Positions 26,396-39,997 are shown, numbered from the whole stretch's first letter. The stretch: DNA of 62,161 nucleotides, filler included, from Globobulimina sp. (GCA_003354225.1; 25 parts of 25 records of this genome joined end to end with filler, not necessarily neighbours in it), one strand, 5' to 3'. Numbers and translations are program-made. Notes: generated by a model from the letters alone, not told the origin.

Positions 26396-26743
26396 ATTTT
26401 ATACCAACATTTTTTGTATTTTGTTCTTTTTTTTTGTGTTTTATTTTTCATAGATATTATAAATATATTATAACATTCAATGTAATTAATAGTGTTTTTG
26501 TGATTACATGTAATTAATTTTCGAAATGTTTCTTGATTTCCCGGTTTATGATGGAATTAATATAGCAAACAACCTGTTGCACTTTTTGCCAAAATTTGTA
26601 TCAACCAATTCGTGTATATTCTGTTTCTGCGTTTGTGAATGGGAATAATTACTACGCCGAAATTTGTAGCAAGTAATGAAATTTCAGGAAATTTGAACGC
26701 ACTCTTTTCAAATCGTGCAAGGATACATAGTTATGACGTTGAC

Positions 26744-27060
26744 TCAGAATTTATGAATTCCTTTAAAATAGTCATGCTGTAAAGCATCAACAACAGTGAT
26801 TCTATTTTGCATATCATACTGCAAACATCTGTCAATCAGATCAATCGCGTAATGATTATATGAATATTTTTTATTCGAATCATTCATAAATTTATTCCAT
26901 GGTTTTTTAGCAGTTTTTGCCAATGAAATATCAATTGAAGCCTCCAATTTTAGATTATATTTTTTTAAATATGCAAATAAAGAATCTGTACCTAACACTT
27001 TAGCAATTTTGCATAACTGATCATTGTTGTCACTCCCTTGAGAGAATGGGTCTTTTTGAA
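26744..27060 (-). CDS. CSNK2A: Casein kinase II alpha, C-terminal fragment only
   Basis: PFSQGSDNNDQLCKIAKVLGT, KKPWNKF and AIDLIDRCLQYDMQNRIT..AL.HDYF are CK2-alpha C-lobe motifs. Confidence 0.85.
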
Positions 27061-27510
27061 AGAAGATATCACGAGTATCAATCACCATGGACCAACCAGT
27101 ACAGGTATCGCACGCCCTCAGCCATCGTCGTGCCATTTCATACCAACCCCATTCCAATTTCAAGTTTTCTAATCCACGAGGGCATTTTGCACGGACTTTA
27201 TTTGATGTATGTGTACCATCAGGTATTATTGCTGCGCTACAGTTAGAAATCTCGACAGCATAATACGTCACTGAGGATAAAAGAGTAGTGATTAGCACGG
27301 AAGTGTAGGTGNNNNNNNNNNNNNNNNNNNNNNNNNNNNNNNNNNNNNNNNNNNNTTAATTAATTAANNNNNNNNNNNNNNNNNNNNNNNNNNNNNNNNN
27401 NNNNNNNNNNNACGTGCGCGAGCACTGTATATATTGGTGAATATCTGTAAACCTTTTGTTTGCTTCATCGCTCTTAAAATACCATTTTTCATTTATCCAT
27501 TATCAGCACC

Positions 27511-29275
27511 AATGGTTACATATTCATTGCAATACAAAGACAAGTCCGTATTAATTAATTTCGAAGCGGAATTATGGGATAACAGACATAGGGAATATTA
27601 CCACATCGAATCCATCAAAATTGACTTAAACAAAACAAATGAATCCCAATCATCACAGTATATCATTAACAGTAAAAGTCCATATTGCAATGAATTCCCT
27701 CTAACAGTCGAGCGCACAAAGCCATATATTGGGTTATATTCAGTTGAAATCTCTGCCAAATGTGTTGGATCGCCACGGGTCTCACCAATACAACGATTAA
27801 CCATTCAATTACGCAATAATATTAGTTTAAAATGGTATTTTAAGGATGATTGCGAAATATTTCAACCATCACATCACAATATATCACAGATAACAGCTCA
27901 ATTATCAATCGGTGAAAGAAAAACAGTTTCTTTTAGTTTTGGACGCTATGCTCTCCACAAAACAGCATATAATCAGTGCACGCAAACAAATGTAAAAACT
28001 AATAAAAAACGAGAATTAAAGCTTGAAGAATATGGATGGTTTTATCAAGACAATAATAAATTATTTAACTTTTCTCAACAATTAACTCTTTTACATATTG
28101 CAGCATCAAATACGTTTAAAATGTCCTTACAAAATAAAACCACTTATCAGGTCACCAAAATATCGGCCAACACAGCAAAACAAACAAATTTATCCACGGG
28201 ATCTGTTCGCGACATTGTACATAAAATGAAGTTCAATACCAAGGCAAAGGTAAAGGTAAAGGTAAAACCTGTTAAGTCTAATATGAATACATCACAATTT
28301 GTACCGCATTTGAGTTTTGATGAAGCACTGTCATTGGACGTAGGCAGTAAAGTGGATGTCAGGGACATTGATGATGGCTACGTATATCCCGCAAGCATTC
28401 ATGACATAAAAGACAACGGTGAGATCAAAATTGTGTATGATGAGTTGGATGAAACCTGTCCAGAATGGATAGATACCGTTTTTTGGTTCAGATTGGCAAA
28501 ATACAAATCCATATCAGCGCGAGCCAGACATAGATTGAAATCAGTCAAAGTTGGGGATTATATTAATGTGAATCCCATTCATTTATATTCGGATTCGGGA
28601 TGGAAGTGTGCTGTGGTTACAAGTATTGACTGTAAATCTGGACAAATTGGAGTTAAATGGGATGCCAATATGGATGAGGAATATTGGATTCATTCGGATA
28701 ATACACAGGAATGCGCCAGATTTGATGCCCGAGGAGTTGAGACATTGTTTTTTGCGACGTTATTGGCAACGAAATATGAAGTAATTGAGGTGCTGGATAT
28801 ATCGAATAAGAATAATGTGAATATTTATGAGTCGATATTGCTCGGCAAATGCAAAGAAGCTAAGTTGGCTGACATAGAATCGTGGAAAATGGAGAGATAT
28901 TTATTTCATGGAATTCGGAGTGCGTCCGCCGGTGTCAATGCTTTGCAGAAAATAATTAAAAATGGATTCGATCGCTCGTATAATAAAGTTGGTGTTTATG
29001 GCAAAGGGACATATTTTGCAAAGCATGCGAGGTATTCAGTGAAGGGAGGATATTGTGGGAAGGATAGGAATGGTTTATATTTTGTATTGCTTTGCAGGGT
29101 GCTCGTCGGTGAATATATTGTGGGGAATGGAAGCATCAAAACAATACCGACAAAGCAAGATGGCGCAGAATATGACTCTTTAGTAAATAATATGGATAAT
29201 CCAACGATATTTGTAAGTTGGAGGGATTATCATGCCATTCCATATTATTTGATAAAATTTAAATGTTTTAAATAA
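27511..29275 (+). CDS. PARP-family mono-ADP-ribosyltransferase with two WWE-like and two Tudor/Agenet-like domains
   Basis: ERYLFHG, GVYGKGTYFA, YS, LCRVLVG, YDSLV, IFV (H-Y-I triad), IPYYLI; WWE-like WYF...QTNVKT..R and WFY...QTNLSTG..R. Confidence 0.88.
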
Positions 29276-29415
29276 ATCTTCTTCTTCTACGTGTTGGTAC
29301 GCGTTGGCAGTTTTGACGTCAGGCTTTGGAATTATTGTTCTGACTGTACATTTCTGGTTCGCTCAGCTAGTGACATTTTGCGACAAAGTTTTCACTTATC
29401 AAACACACAAACCTC

Positions 29416-29460
29416 ATCACAAACCATCACAAACCTTATCACAAACCATCACAAACCATC
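29416..29460 (+). repeat. Short tandem repeat of (ATCACAAACC)-like units
   Basis: About 4 imperfect copies. Confidence 0.7.
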
Positions 29461-29902
29461 CCCCTACATATTCTAACAATATTGTTATTGAATTTAGTAA
29501 TATTTGATAATGAGCATCACCAACACCTGCCTCACATGGAATACTGAAGCAGAAACTGCAGTCGTTAAACATGTTCAATGCATTGGCAGTAAATATCAAA
29601 AAATTGCATCAATATGTGGTGACAGATGTTACCTGAAGCAGTTGGTATGTTATGTCAGCTGATTACTGATACTGTGCATATTAAACTGGAACATTAATTG
29701 TAAATATATAGTTTCATAGTTTAGACGAAAAAAATGGAAAAATGGAGTTTTCGTATGCAGTGTTTGGAAACATAAAATATACTGATAGTATTATAAACTT
29801 TGNNNNNNNNNNNNNNNNNNNNNNNNNNNNNNNNNNNNNNNNNNNNTTAATTAATTAANNNNNNNNNNNNNNNNNNNNNNNNNNNNNNNNNNNNNNNNNN
29901 NN

Positions 29903-30483
29903 TATTCCTCTGCTGTGGCTACTTTTTGAATCGATAATGGTGTATTAATTGGTGTCCATTTATTGTTATTTCTTCTTTCATTTGTTTGTATACCAAATTG
30001 ATTATCATAATTCCGTCCGACAGCATATAATTTATTCTCATTTGAAATACAAAATGAATGTTATGATCCATTTGGTGTTGCAAATATATTTTTAATTTTC
30101 ATATCTTTGATTTGATGCCATATATTGATATTATTATAATGGCCAACACCTAATACACCATATCCATTATACCCGCAACATTCATATGTTTCATCATCAA
30201 ATACAATATATGCTGCTACACCACCATCACCACCACAACTAACAATATTTTTTATTTTCTTTTCAAATGTTTTTATTTTTGTTATTTTTGTAATATCTTC
30301 ATTTCCTCCGTTTCCTTGTTGTCCCTCTTCGTTCTCACCAATAGAATATAATAGCAATAAAATATAATAATGGAACGCATGAATGATGCTAATAATATCT
30401 GTATGGATGTAGTGGGTGCTACATTTCCTAACGTATCCACTTACTAATAATTGGGATAGTCTTTTCCTGAGAGGATGGTTCAT
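29903..30483 (-). pseudogene. RCC1/BLIP-II repeat protein with an in-frame TAA at 30061-30063
   Basis: RCC1 blades SIGENEEGQQG and CGYNGYGVLG; after the stop the frame continues HSFCISNENKLYAVGRNYDNQFG. Confidence 0.75.
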
Positions 30484-30926
30484 TTGTAAAATATTTCCAG
30501 CAATTTTTCATTGACTTAAACTGACAAAAAGAAGCTCTCAAATGTCTGCTATTAGAAAGAGCAGTTAATCAACGCAGCTGAGCTTAAGAACACAAGCACA
30601 TGGTATAAGATATTTTCTTGTTGGAAATTGATCGTTGCAATTGATTTAACAAAATACCATCACAACAAGCAAATTACCAGCTTTCCAATGATATGTTAAT
30701 ATCACAAACGACAATATCTTTGACATTTCGTTGATTATATTCATAGGCATACGTTCACATTGTAACGTGTCATTGTTTGTTGCGACTGAAGACTTGTTCG
30801 ACAGGATTCTTAAAAAAAATGAAAAACTCTGTCAAACTGAATAAAAATTCAGTACATATCGGAGACCCCTAATATTTACATTTTGTGCAAGGATAATAAA
30901 TTAACAACGATTTAAATCCAGTTAGA

Positions 30927-32089
30927 ATGTTTCGCACGCCTTGGCCCACACAGCATGAAAAAAAGAATAAGAAAGCAAAAAGTGACAGTTGGCTTGACAT
31001 AGGACATTTTGATAGATCTGTCATTACCACAGTAATATCACGGTCCATCGATGCACATAGCAGAGGAACAGTATATAGTTCACAAAAAGCAACACATGGC
31101 AAACATGAATGGAGAGTTGAGATATTGCAAAATCCCAACGATAATTTGATGGTATTTGGGGTTGCTTCAAACACTGACCATTATGATACTTATTTTGGTG
31201 TCAAGAAAAACGGTGCACCGTACTATTATGCGTTTGGTACAATAGGCGGACAAAAGACTAGTTATAGAGACAAATGGAAAAAATACGGGCCACGTTGTAC
31301 AAAAGGGGACACGATTGGAGTTCATTTGGATTTGGACGCACAAACCATCGCATTTAGTAGAAACAGGGCTGATTTAGGGGTAGCATTTAAAAATGTTAAT
31401 AAACAACAGACGTATCGATTAGCTGTCTGTTTACCGAAAGGAACAAGAATTCAAATGCGTTCTTATTCAAACAATTACAAAGAGGAAGAGAAGAAAGAAG
31501 AAAATGACGTCGACGAGAAAAAAGAAGAGGTTCTGCATTCGTAACATACGTACATTTTTAAATTGAATACACAAATTATATACAGTCGTGGTTGAAAACC
31601 GGAGACAATTTCACGTTGTATGGTAAAGTAGCAACATCTCGTCCAAATAATAAGGTGCAAAGACATCAAGACTTGTTTGGAAATCAATTGATATCAAAGA
31701 ACAACGGTACTTTCCATGAATGGAAGGTGAAAATATTAAAGAAAAACGGTAGTCTTTGTATTGGTATTGCTTCGGATACAAAATATTTTGGTAATTATTT
31801 TTATGGATCAGATGGCGCTCCGTATAATTATGGGTTTCATTGTCATGGAGAGAAAACAAATGGAAGTGGTGAACTAAGTAAATATGGCTCAATATATTAC
31901 GAAAATGATGTTATCACTGTTCATCTAAATATGTCCTTAAAAACGATACAGTTTTCAAGGAATGACATACAATTTGGGGATGCCTTCGATGATATCAATG
32001 TTAAAGCAAAGTATAGATTGGCCATAGATATTAGGAATGGAGATAAACCAACCAAAGTGGAGATGATCTCATATGAATGTTTGTATTGA
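30927..32089 (+). CDS. Tandem SPRY/B30.2 domain protein; intron 31531-31585
   Basis: Two copies of HEW.V.I, GVAS/GIAS, GD.IGVHLDL and FSRN...G.AF; a phase-0 intron joins EE to SWLKT. Confidence 0.85.
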
Positions 32090-32465
32090 TAATATGTCAC
32101 AATAAACAATATAAAACGTTGTACAAATAACCATTATAATAAAAAAAATGAAAATGAACAAAAAATATGTATCACGTTTATTAAATACTTGTAAAATATA
32201 ACATTTACAACTTGTAAAATATGTGTCCGTTTCACTATTTCCACACATGACCAATTATACACTCTTTCATGTTTCAGCAGTCCGCGTTTCCTNNNNNNNN
32301 NNNNNNNNNNNNNNNNNNNNNNNNNNNNNNNNNNNNTTAATTAATTAANNNNNNNNNNNNNNNNNNNNNNNNNNNNNNNNNNNNNNNNNNNNAAATTAGA
32401 CAATCAACACAAAAAAAAAAGACAACCAATAAAACATTAATTTATAAAAACAATTTAATCCAATA

Positions 32466-34782
32466 TTATTTTTTTATGTTAAATCTCGCAGAAGCTTTGT
32501 GAAAAATGGAGTTTTTCTGACTTTTCTGTTGGTTTTGGTTTTCATATTGCGACAATAAATCAAGATTTGTAATTTTGCGATGTTTATCCACAATGCTTCC
32601 ATCCGCATAAACAAAACCAGACAGAGAGCCCACACAATTCCCATATAACAGCACGGGAACATTAAACTGTTTATTTCCAGATTGTGTATGGAAACTATTC
32701 TTAGTGTCATTATGATTATGCTGCGAAGGCATCAAATTCATTTGTTTCTGAGTTTTGTCATATTGTTTAATCAATTTATTTGTGTCAATTAATGATTTGG
32801 GAAACGCGTTAAATAGGGAAATAATGCAATATCCAAAGCATAAATTCCCTTTCGAGACATTGATAAAAGAGATAAATAAATGAGTCCTAGCAATGAACGT
32901 AGGATCGGGAATAAATGGCTTAATCCGCAACGAGTCCAATGTCTCAATGGGCCACCTCCAAAACGCCGAGGTTTTATCAAATTTGCCCCCACAAATTCGA
33001 ATGGCTTTCGGTGCATAATTATAATGTAAAATAATATCAATTTCATCCTCCAAATGTATTTGTAATTTTTTATTGATGATCACTTTGAAAGAAGCTTGCA
33101 ACTCCACCAACGAAATGGATATATTCGTATACGATTCATTCTGATTATTATTTTGCAACTGATTGTCATTCAATTCATGCGCTGACAGTGTGAAATACGG
33201 CATTTTCGGCTTAAATTTAAACAACGACCAAACCGGTCGATGGTCACTACCAAAGCATCGATGCGACGATAAATAGCATTCCTGCCACAAATCGTATGTT
33301 TGTGGCAACGATTTATACAAAATGCGGTCGCAATAAGACGGCGGCTGATCCCTTTTGTTACTTATCGTATTTTTATTCTTTTCCCAGCGATAAGTGGGAC
33401 AAAAATGGATTTCGCCTTCCTTAAAGCCATAAAAAACGCCATCTTTTTTCTCCATTTGCTCCCTTAACTGGTCCGCTTTAATCAGCTCACTCCATTTTTT
33501 TTTCTTCACCATCTCGACCGTGGAATAAAAGTCTAACTCGATTCTATAGTTCAAGTCTCCCAAAAAAAAAGTGTGCGTAAACTGGTGCAAGACGTCCAAG
33601 CCCGGCCGGCCTAACTCCAAATTCTTGATGATGCGGTTGAAATTCTTGGCTCTTTTCTCGTACCGCTCCGCCCGCGCAGCCAAGTGCGCGTTGATGAAAA
33701 TGAAGGAAGTCTCTTGGAACTGGAAGGAGATGGCCGTGGCCCCTTTGTTGCCAATGATGTTGCCCTTCCCCGTGGGCACAACTTGGGAGTGCAAGTGCGA
33801 GATCTTGGTCACATGGCAGCGATGCACGATGATTATGATGCCGATGCCCATCAACCACGTCTTGTTCAATAAGACGTACTCTCCGCGCTCGCTGTCGATG
33901 TGGCGCAGTATGCCGGCAATCCACTGTTTGCGTAAACTGGACGAACATTCTTGCAAACCGATCACGTAAATGTCGTGCGGCTCCATCTTGGAGGGCGGGA
34001 TCCACATATTCAAGTTTGCGAAATTGATCTCAGACTCGCTCACATTCCACGAGCCCACGATGATGGACAAGGCGTCCTCGGTGAAGTACTTATTCTTATT
34101 CTCGTCGATGCCCATACTCAGATAACCGTTGTCATCGTCAGATTTGAGCCCATTGAGTTCGCCTTCATTCAATGCATCGGAGATGTCCAAATTGATAATG
34201 TTCTTCTCGTGCAATGGCGGGGTTGGCACCGGCGACACACTCTTACTTTTAAACGCATCGTTGCCGCCGGCGATGAGTCCGCGTAACGTCTCTGAGGACA
34301 GTCGTTTACGGCGCTTTTTCTTTTTGGCATTTTTAGGGCGTGAATTCGAACGGGGACTGATGGTGCCTTGTGTGGATATGTTGGGATTATTGGAGGCTTT
34401 TTGCGACATCAATTCTGCGTAAATGTCGATTTGAGGCCGAGGTGGTTTGGTGGTGTGGTTTTGATCAATATCCGGAGATAATGGGTTACGCGAAACGCTC
34501 TTTCGCGGCGATTGCTTTGTGCCTGGCAATGCGCGCAATAATCGGCCCACAAATTCTGCCCTGGCTTGGGGTGACACGAACTCGTACCAATACTCTTTGA
34601 TTTTGTTCTTGTGCTTGCAAGTTACGTGTAATTGGTTGACGTTTATGTAGGATTTTTCTAATAGTAAAATATCGCGGAATTTGTAGTCTTTTATATGCAT
34701 TCCTAAGGTTAGCATGCGTACGATTCTCTTTTCTAAGTCTAAGTATAATACGCGACGATGTTGACGCCATATTATGTCCTGG
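32466..34782 (-). CDS. Inositol polyphosphate 5-phosphatase (IPPc domain); 5'-partial
   Basis: GSWNV, IGLQE, GNKGA, NAHLAA, GDLNYR, PTYR, PSYCDRIL, SDHRPV. Confidence 0.95.
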
Positions 34783-34882
34783 NNNNNNNNNNNNNNNNNN
34801 NNNNNNNNNNNNNNNNNNNNNNNNNNTTAATTAATTAANNNNNNNNNNNNNNNNNNNNNNNNNNNNNNNNNNNNNNNNNNNN

Positions 34883-37272
34883 TATTGTTATTTTTGCCGT
34901 TCTCATGTGCTGCAATGGATGGATTAATTATATTCGACGTAGCAAATACAGATAAGCCAGTATTGGTAGCTTGTGAATTGGCGCCTGCTCCGCCAGGAAT
35001 ACCCGTATTTATCCCATATTTTGATACCGGTCGCGATGATCCCGTATAATTTGAGGAGGCACAGGTCCGCGCATTAAATATATCATACAAATAATGCAAC
35101 ATTTTACATCTTTTATTATTATTGTTACCACCCATTAATTGCTCCAATCTATTTTCTAAACCTTGTCCACCTAAACCTAAATGTATTAAACCTAATGCAA
35201 TTCCAGCACACAATGAATAGCATTCGCGATCTTCACTATTATTGCCATATAAGTTGCTGTTGTTATGTCGACTGGAACCACCACTGCCAATATGCGAGGA
35301 TGACGAGGATCTACGAACCATTTCCACCAATAACATATCAGTGGATAACTTATGTTTTGTGCCCAAAAATAAGAATCCTATCCCCAACAAGGCCGAGGCC
35401 TGCACTGTAGTTTCAATTCCTAGCTCCGCAAAGCCACTCGGAACCATTGAGGCGATATGCAAACAACATATTTTATGCACATAGGTGTCATCGTGCCTCT
35501 CCTCGCTATGGATAAACCCAATATTATTGACATAGTGGTTGGTTCATGTTTGTGTCCTAAATACCAATAAAAATCTGCAGGCATCAAACAGGTTAAATGT
35601 CCGTTTAAACCTTGCGCAAATATAAAACCAGCATGCGAATATGATGGCGATTTAGGTTTGTTGTAACAAATCCAAGTACGAATATTCTCGCGCGACTCAT
35701 CATAATTACTTAGTACTCGCAATCCAGCACTGCAACCGTTGTGAAATGAGACCCATTGTAGAAATAATTCATTATCCACTTCTTCATATTCCTGAAATAT
35801 AACATCATCAAATGAGGATAAATAACGAGGCGGTATGTTGCCATTATTATTCTGGTTATTTATATTATGCGTTAAGTATTGATTGACCGCATTTTGGATG
35901 ATTGTAAAGTCAATATCTAATGTTAGATTCCTCGATGGCACAATGCCGGATAGGTTCAGTAGTGGAATATCGATTGGTTTCGTTGCCGTGGGGCAATAGG
36001 ACCAAATGGTGAACATTCCCCGACCAATACATTGCGCAATTCGCCTTTTTATTTGGTGGAATAAGTTCACATGATATTCAGGGATATTATTAATATTCCT
36101 GCCTTGATCGTTGTTGCCAGTAATTCTGCCATTACCTATAATATCCCGTATCCTCCGCGCTTTGTTGCTTCGCAATATTCTCCGTACTTCTTTTAATCGA
36201 TAATCTGAACCAAATTGCAATAAACATTCATCTAAAACTGTTAAAGTACCATCAAAATCGGGTTTCGACATCAACTCTTCATCAACAAACTCACTGATAT
36301 CATTTATATCATCTCCAATTTTATTCATTAATCGTTGTCGCGTACTTTTTATCATTCCACCGCCAATACTTTGGGTCATAAACAACGATTTTAAGGTTTT
36401 TGTGGCACAACGTATATTATCGGAGGATTTATGGATAGCATTTATGTCATTGACAGCAAACAATTTTGGTGCTGGCGGACCAATATTTTTCTATATTTTT
36501 TTAACTTGATATCGTTTGCCGGAATAACATTTGTTATAAATATGCCTATTTGGCCCAAACTCGTATTTATATTTATCTTTATACATAAAAGTCTTTGATG
36601 TCAACGGCGACGCATTATCATTATTATACAAATCATCGTCGCTGTCTCCTAAGGCACTTTCATATTTCTTCTCTTCTTGTTTCTGTTCCTCTTGCTTCAT
36701 AAGCATAATATCCATGTCTTCCTCCTTCATCTCCATATCCATTCCTTTATTCGTCAAATCTTCCCTTCCAATCAAGAAATACGCATCTTTGGGCCAGTTA
36801 TGCGTCGGATTATATTTACAGGATCTTAAAGCTTCTCGTAACTGCAAAGCAATACCTAACGGTAAACAGTCGATATCATTTAAAGTAAAATTCTCTTCAA
36901 CCATCGCCAAAACTAATTGTTCCGAATTATTTGCGGCATCGTAAACAGTTTCTTCTTTGATTAAAAATGAAGGTGAAAAGAATGGATATGGCTCAAACAC
37001 TTGGTATTGCCGACTATGATTACGATGCGTAGTATGAGTGCCAATCGGTTTGTGTTTCTGTCTCAATCCGGTGGACAATGAAACCGATGCATTGCCGTAG
37101 ATGGACGTATCTAACGACATGTTGCTACGGTTGCTGTCAGCTTTATTTTTTGTTTTGTTTGGGTTAATTCTGGAGCTTGAATGCCTGGTAAACGGTGTGG
37201 ATGGCGACACAATTTTGTTTGGTCTGGTTCGTGATCGTGTTTTTTTAATGGATGTAGGAGTATATGGTGTAA
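34883..37272 (-). pseudogene. ANAPC1: Anaphase-promoting complex subunit 1 fragment with an in-frame TAG (36491) and a 1-nt frameshift (~35475)
   Basis: LPLGIAL..REAL, WPKDAYFLIGREDL, D.RLKEVRRIL, FHNGCSAGL, HAGFIFAQGLNGHL, RECYSLCAGIALG. Confidence 0.85.
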
Positions 37273-37372
37273 NNNNNNNNNNNNNNNNNNNNNNNNNNNN
37301 NNNNNNNNNNNNNNNNTTAATTAATTAANNNNNNNNNNNNNNNNNNNNNNNNNNNNNNNNNNNNNNNNNNNN

Positions 37373-38657
37373 ACATATTGCTCAGAGTCACCGACTCGCG
37401 CTCCAACCCATAATCCAAGTCCTTCTCCAAATCCACCTACGAATCCAAGTCCTTCGCCAACCCACAATCCAACAAGCTCACCCACACGGAATCCATCAGG
37501 TTCACCCACAACAAAATATCCCTCGGCCAATCCGTCAGCAAATCCCTCTGCAAATCCATCAAAATATCCCTCGGCAAATCCCTCGGCAAATCCATCAAAA
37601 TATCCCTCGGCAAATCCCTCTACAAATCCATCAAAATATCCTTCTGCATCACCTTCACGAAATCCATCAACATCTCCATCTGCAAATCCATCAAACTATC
37701 CATCGGAATCCCCCTCTAAAATGCCAACTCGTTGAGTATAAAAATAATATTATTTCCGTGTGTTTCCTTCATAATTGTTTTTTTGATTAATTAGTTACTC
37801 CGACTGAGGAAAACGCGGTTGATGTCGATGGACAAACAACAACATTGATGAATACTCAATTGACTCAAATGAGAGATAACAATGATTCACAGACAGCGCA
37901 AAACACTGAACTGATGCTACAAAATATATTGTATGGAGTGGCAGGAATCGTTTTGATCACATTTTGTTTACTGATTATTTTCTGTGTTTTGTATCAAAGG
38001 AAGAGGCGAAAACATATGATTCAAGAATTTAAAGCAACGCATGAAATGGTTTCGAGTCAAACTGAATTTAGCGATCCATGCAACTCGGCGGAATCAGGAA
38101 TTCGAAGAGTTGGATCCATTAATCCTGCGCATATTATTGGAGAAATTGATATGGCGCCGGATATTATGGAGGAAAACGCAGCAAATCAACATGTACACAT
38201 TGCTGCATCACATGAAAATGTAGCTGGTTCGCAAATGTATATGAATACGATGGGCAATCTTATGATGCAGCAGATGATGGATCAGATGAATATGAAAATG
38301 ATGCAACAGGGGAATAATATGAATAATATGAATATAATGCAACAGTCGCAGGTACCACAGGTACCACAGGTACCACAGGTACCACCTCTTCCCGCTGAGG
38401 ATAATGGCAATGCGCGCTGTATACCAGTGAGAAAAGTGAGTACTGATCAATTGTATAACGATCCAAATACACAACTTTATGCGACGCCAAATACACCAAA
38501 TACCCGTACCCAAAATGGACAAAATCTTGTCACATCATTTAGTTCAGCGAGCATTGTTGGAATTGCTGATCAGGACAATAACTCAGATGATGATGAAGAT
38601 TATTTGGGTTTGTACGGAAAAAATAAGTTTCCTGGACAGACTGCAACAAAAAATTAG
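37373..38657 (+). CDS. Type I membrane protein with PS/PT repeats; intron ~37731-37793; 5'-partial
   Basis: NPSKYPSA tandem repeats, TM ILYGVAGIVLITFCLLIIFCVLY followed by RKRRK, Met/Gln-rich tail. Confidence 0.7.
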
Positions 38658-38872
38658 CCGTTGAGAATATAGTATTAATTTTTAATATGTATATATATAT
38701 CGCTCACGTTCTAGAATTTCGCTTTGCATTTTTTTCTTTTTTACTGTATAATATAGTATGTGTATTTATGATAGTATGTGTATGTACTTTTTTTGTTGTT
38801 TGATAGGCAATCTGTTTTGAAGACGTTTTTACGAAAAATCGGAGATATAAGACCGCATTAAAAAAACTAAAG

Positions 38873-39762
38873 TCAACTTACAGACGATATAACACCGTAA
38901 ATGGCAAGAAATATGCCAACTATGGTCAAAACTATGGAAGGCAGCGTATACATGAAAAGCACACATTTATCTGCCACTGTTTTTGCTTCCATGATCTCTC
39001 TCCAATTATACGTTTGTAGATAACATAAACATGGAAATACAAATGCTAAATTCACCGATGATAAACTCCCAATTACTCCCATCACAACACCCAGATCTTT
39101 CAAATATAAGCCAGCGACTAAATTCGCTCCAAATATGAGAAATGTAAGCAACAAATGGTGTGTTAATGGTGCTGACTGCACCGTGTATATTTCATTCATG
39201 ACAATATATAATTTTTCTATGCGTTCATCCAATTCCTCCTCCTCCAATCCATCAATATTCCCACCATCAAATTGAGATTGATTTGTATTTATATTCAGTT
39301 GTTGTAATCTTTTCATTTTCGCACATCTTCGCTTCTTATGTTGCATGATTCTTTTCAACTTTTTTGTGTTTTCATAACCATGTTTATAGATTGCATATAT
39401 TTTCTGCAGCGACGAATATAAAATATGACGCACCAAAAAAAACGCAGACGGATAGGTCAACGATAAAGTTATAATAAACACAATTCGCATCATAATAATC
39501 AACGGGGCTTTAATCTCATAGTTAAGCAACATATTGCAATCGATAACATTGCCAAAAGTTAAATAACATGGAATGGATAACAATAAAATAAATCCTGCGG
39601 CGCCAAATATCCCTGACACAGATAGCGTAAACCAACGTTTCTGTGTTGGATTCTTCATTGTTTGATACAGCAGAAAGGAGCTGTCATGGCAAACCAATGA
39701 AAATGCAACAATGCCAATAATATTTGGTATTTTGTTTGTGTCCCAAAAATACAATGTATATT
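38873..39762 (-). CDS. Amino acid transporter (Aa_trans, SLC38A11-like), C-terminal part
   Basis: GIVAFSLVCHDSSF, YLTFG, LTYP, DLGVV..VIGS, LAFVFPCLCY. Confidence 0.85.
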
Positions 39763-39997
39763 NNNNNNNNNNNNNNNNNNNNNNNNNNNNNNNNNNNNNN
39801 NNNNNNTTAATTAATTAANNNNNNNNNNNNNNNNNNNNNNNNNNNNNNNNNNNNNNNNNNNNTAGTCGCCATTGTAAATTTTATTAAATGATATTTTTCA
39901 AAATTCTCAAAAACTTTTAGTCTCAGATTGAATGGCTTATTAACGTAGTAAAAATGGTCTAAATATAAAGGAAATTGAATTTTTATTTGAATCAAAA

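Noticed and set aside
30061-30063. Stop-codon reassignment (TAA/TAG as Gln)
   Set aside because: In-frame stops are isolated, and long AT-rich genes such as NOM1 and CCDC191 have none
37520-37705. Tandem ~12/24-bp repeats as a non-coding array
   Set aside because: They encode the PSANPSKY mucin-like stalk of the membrane protein
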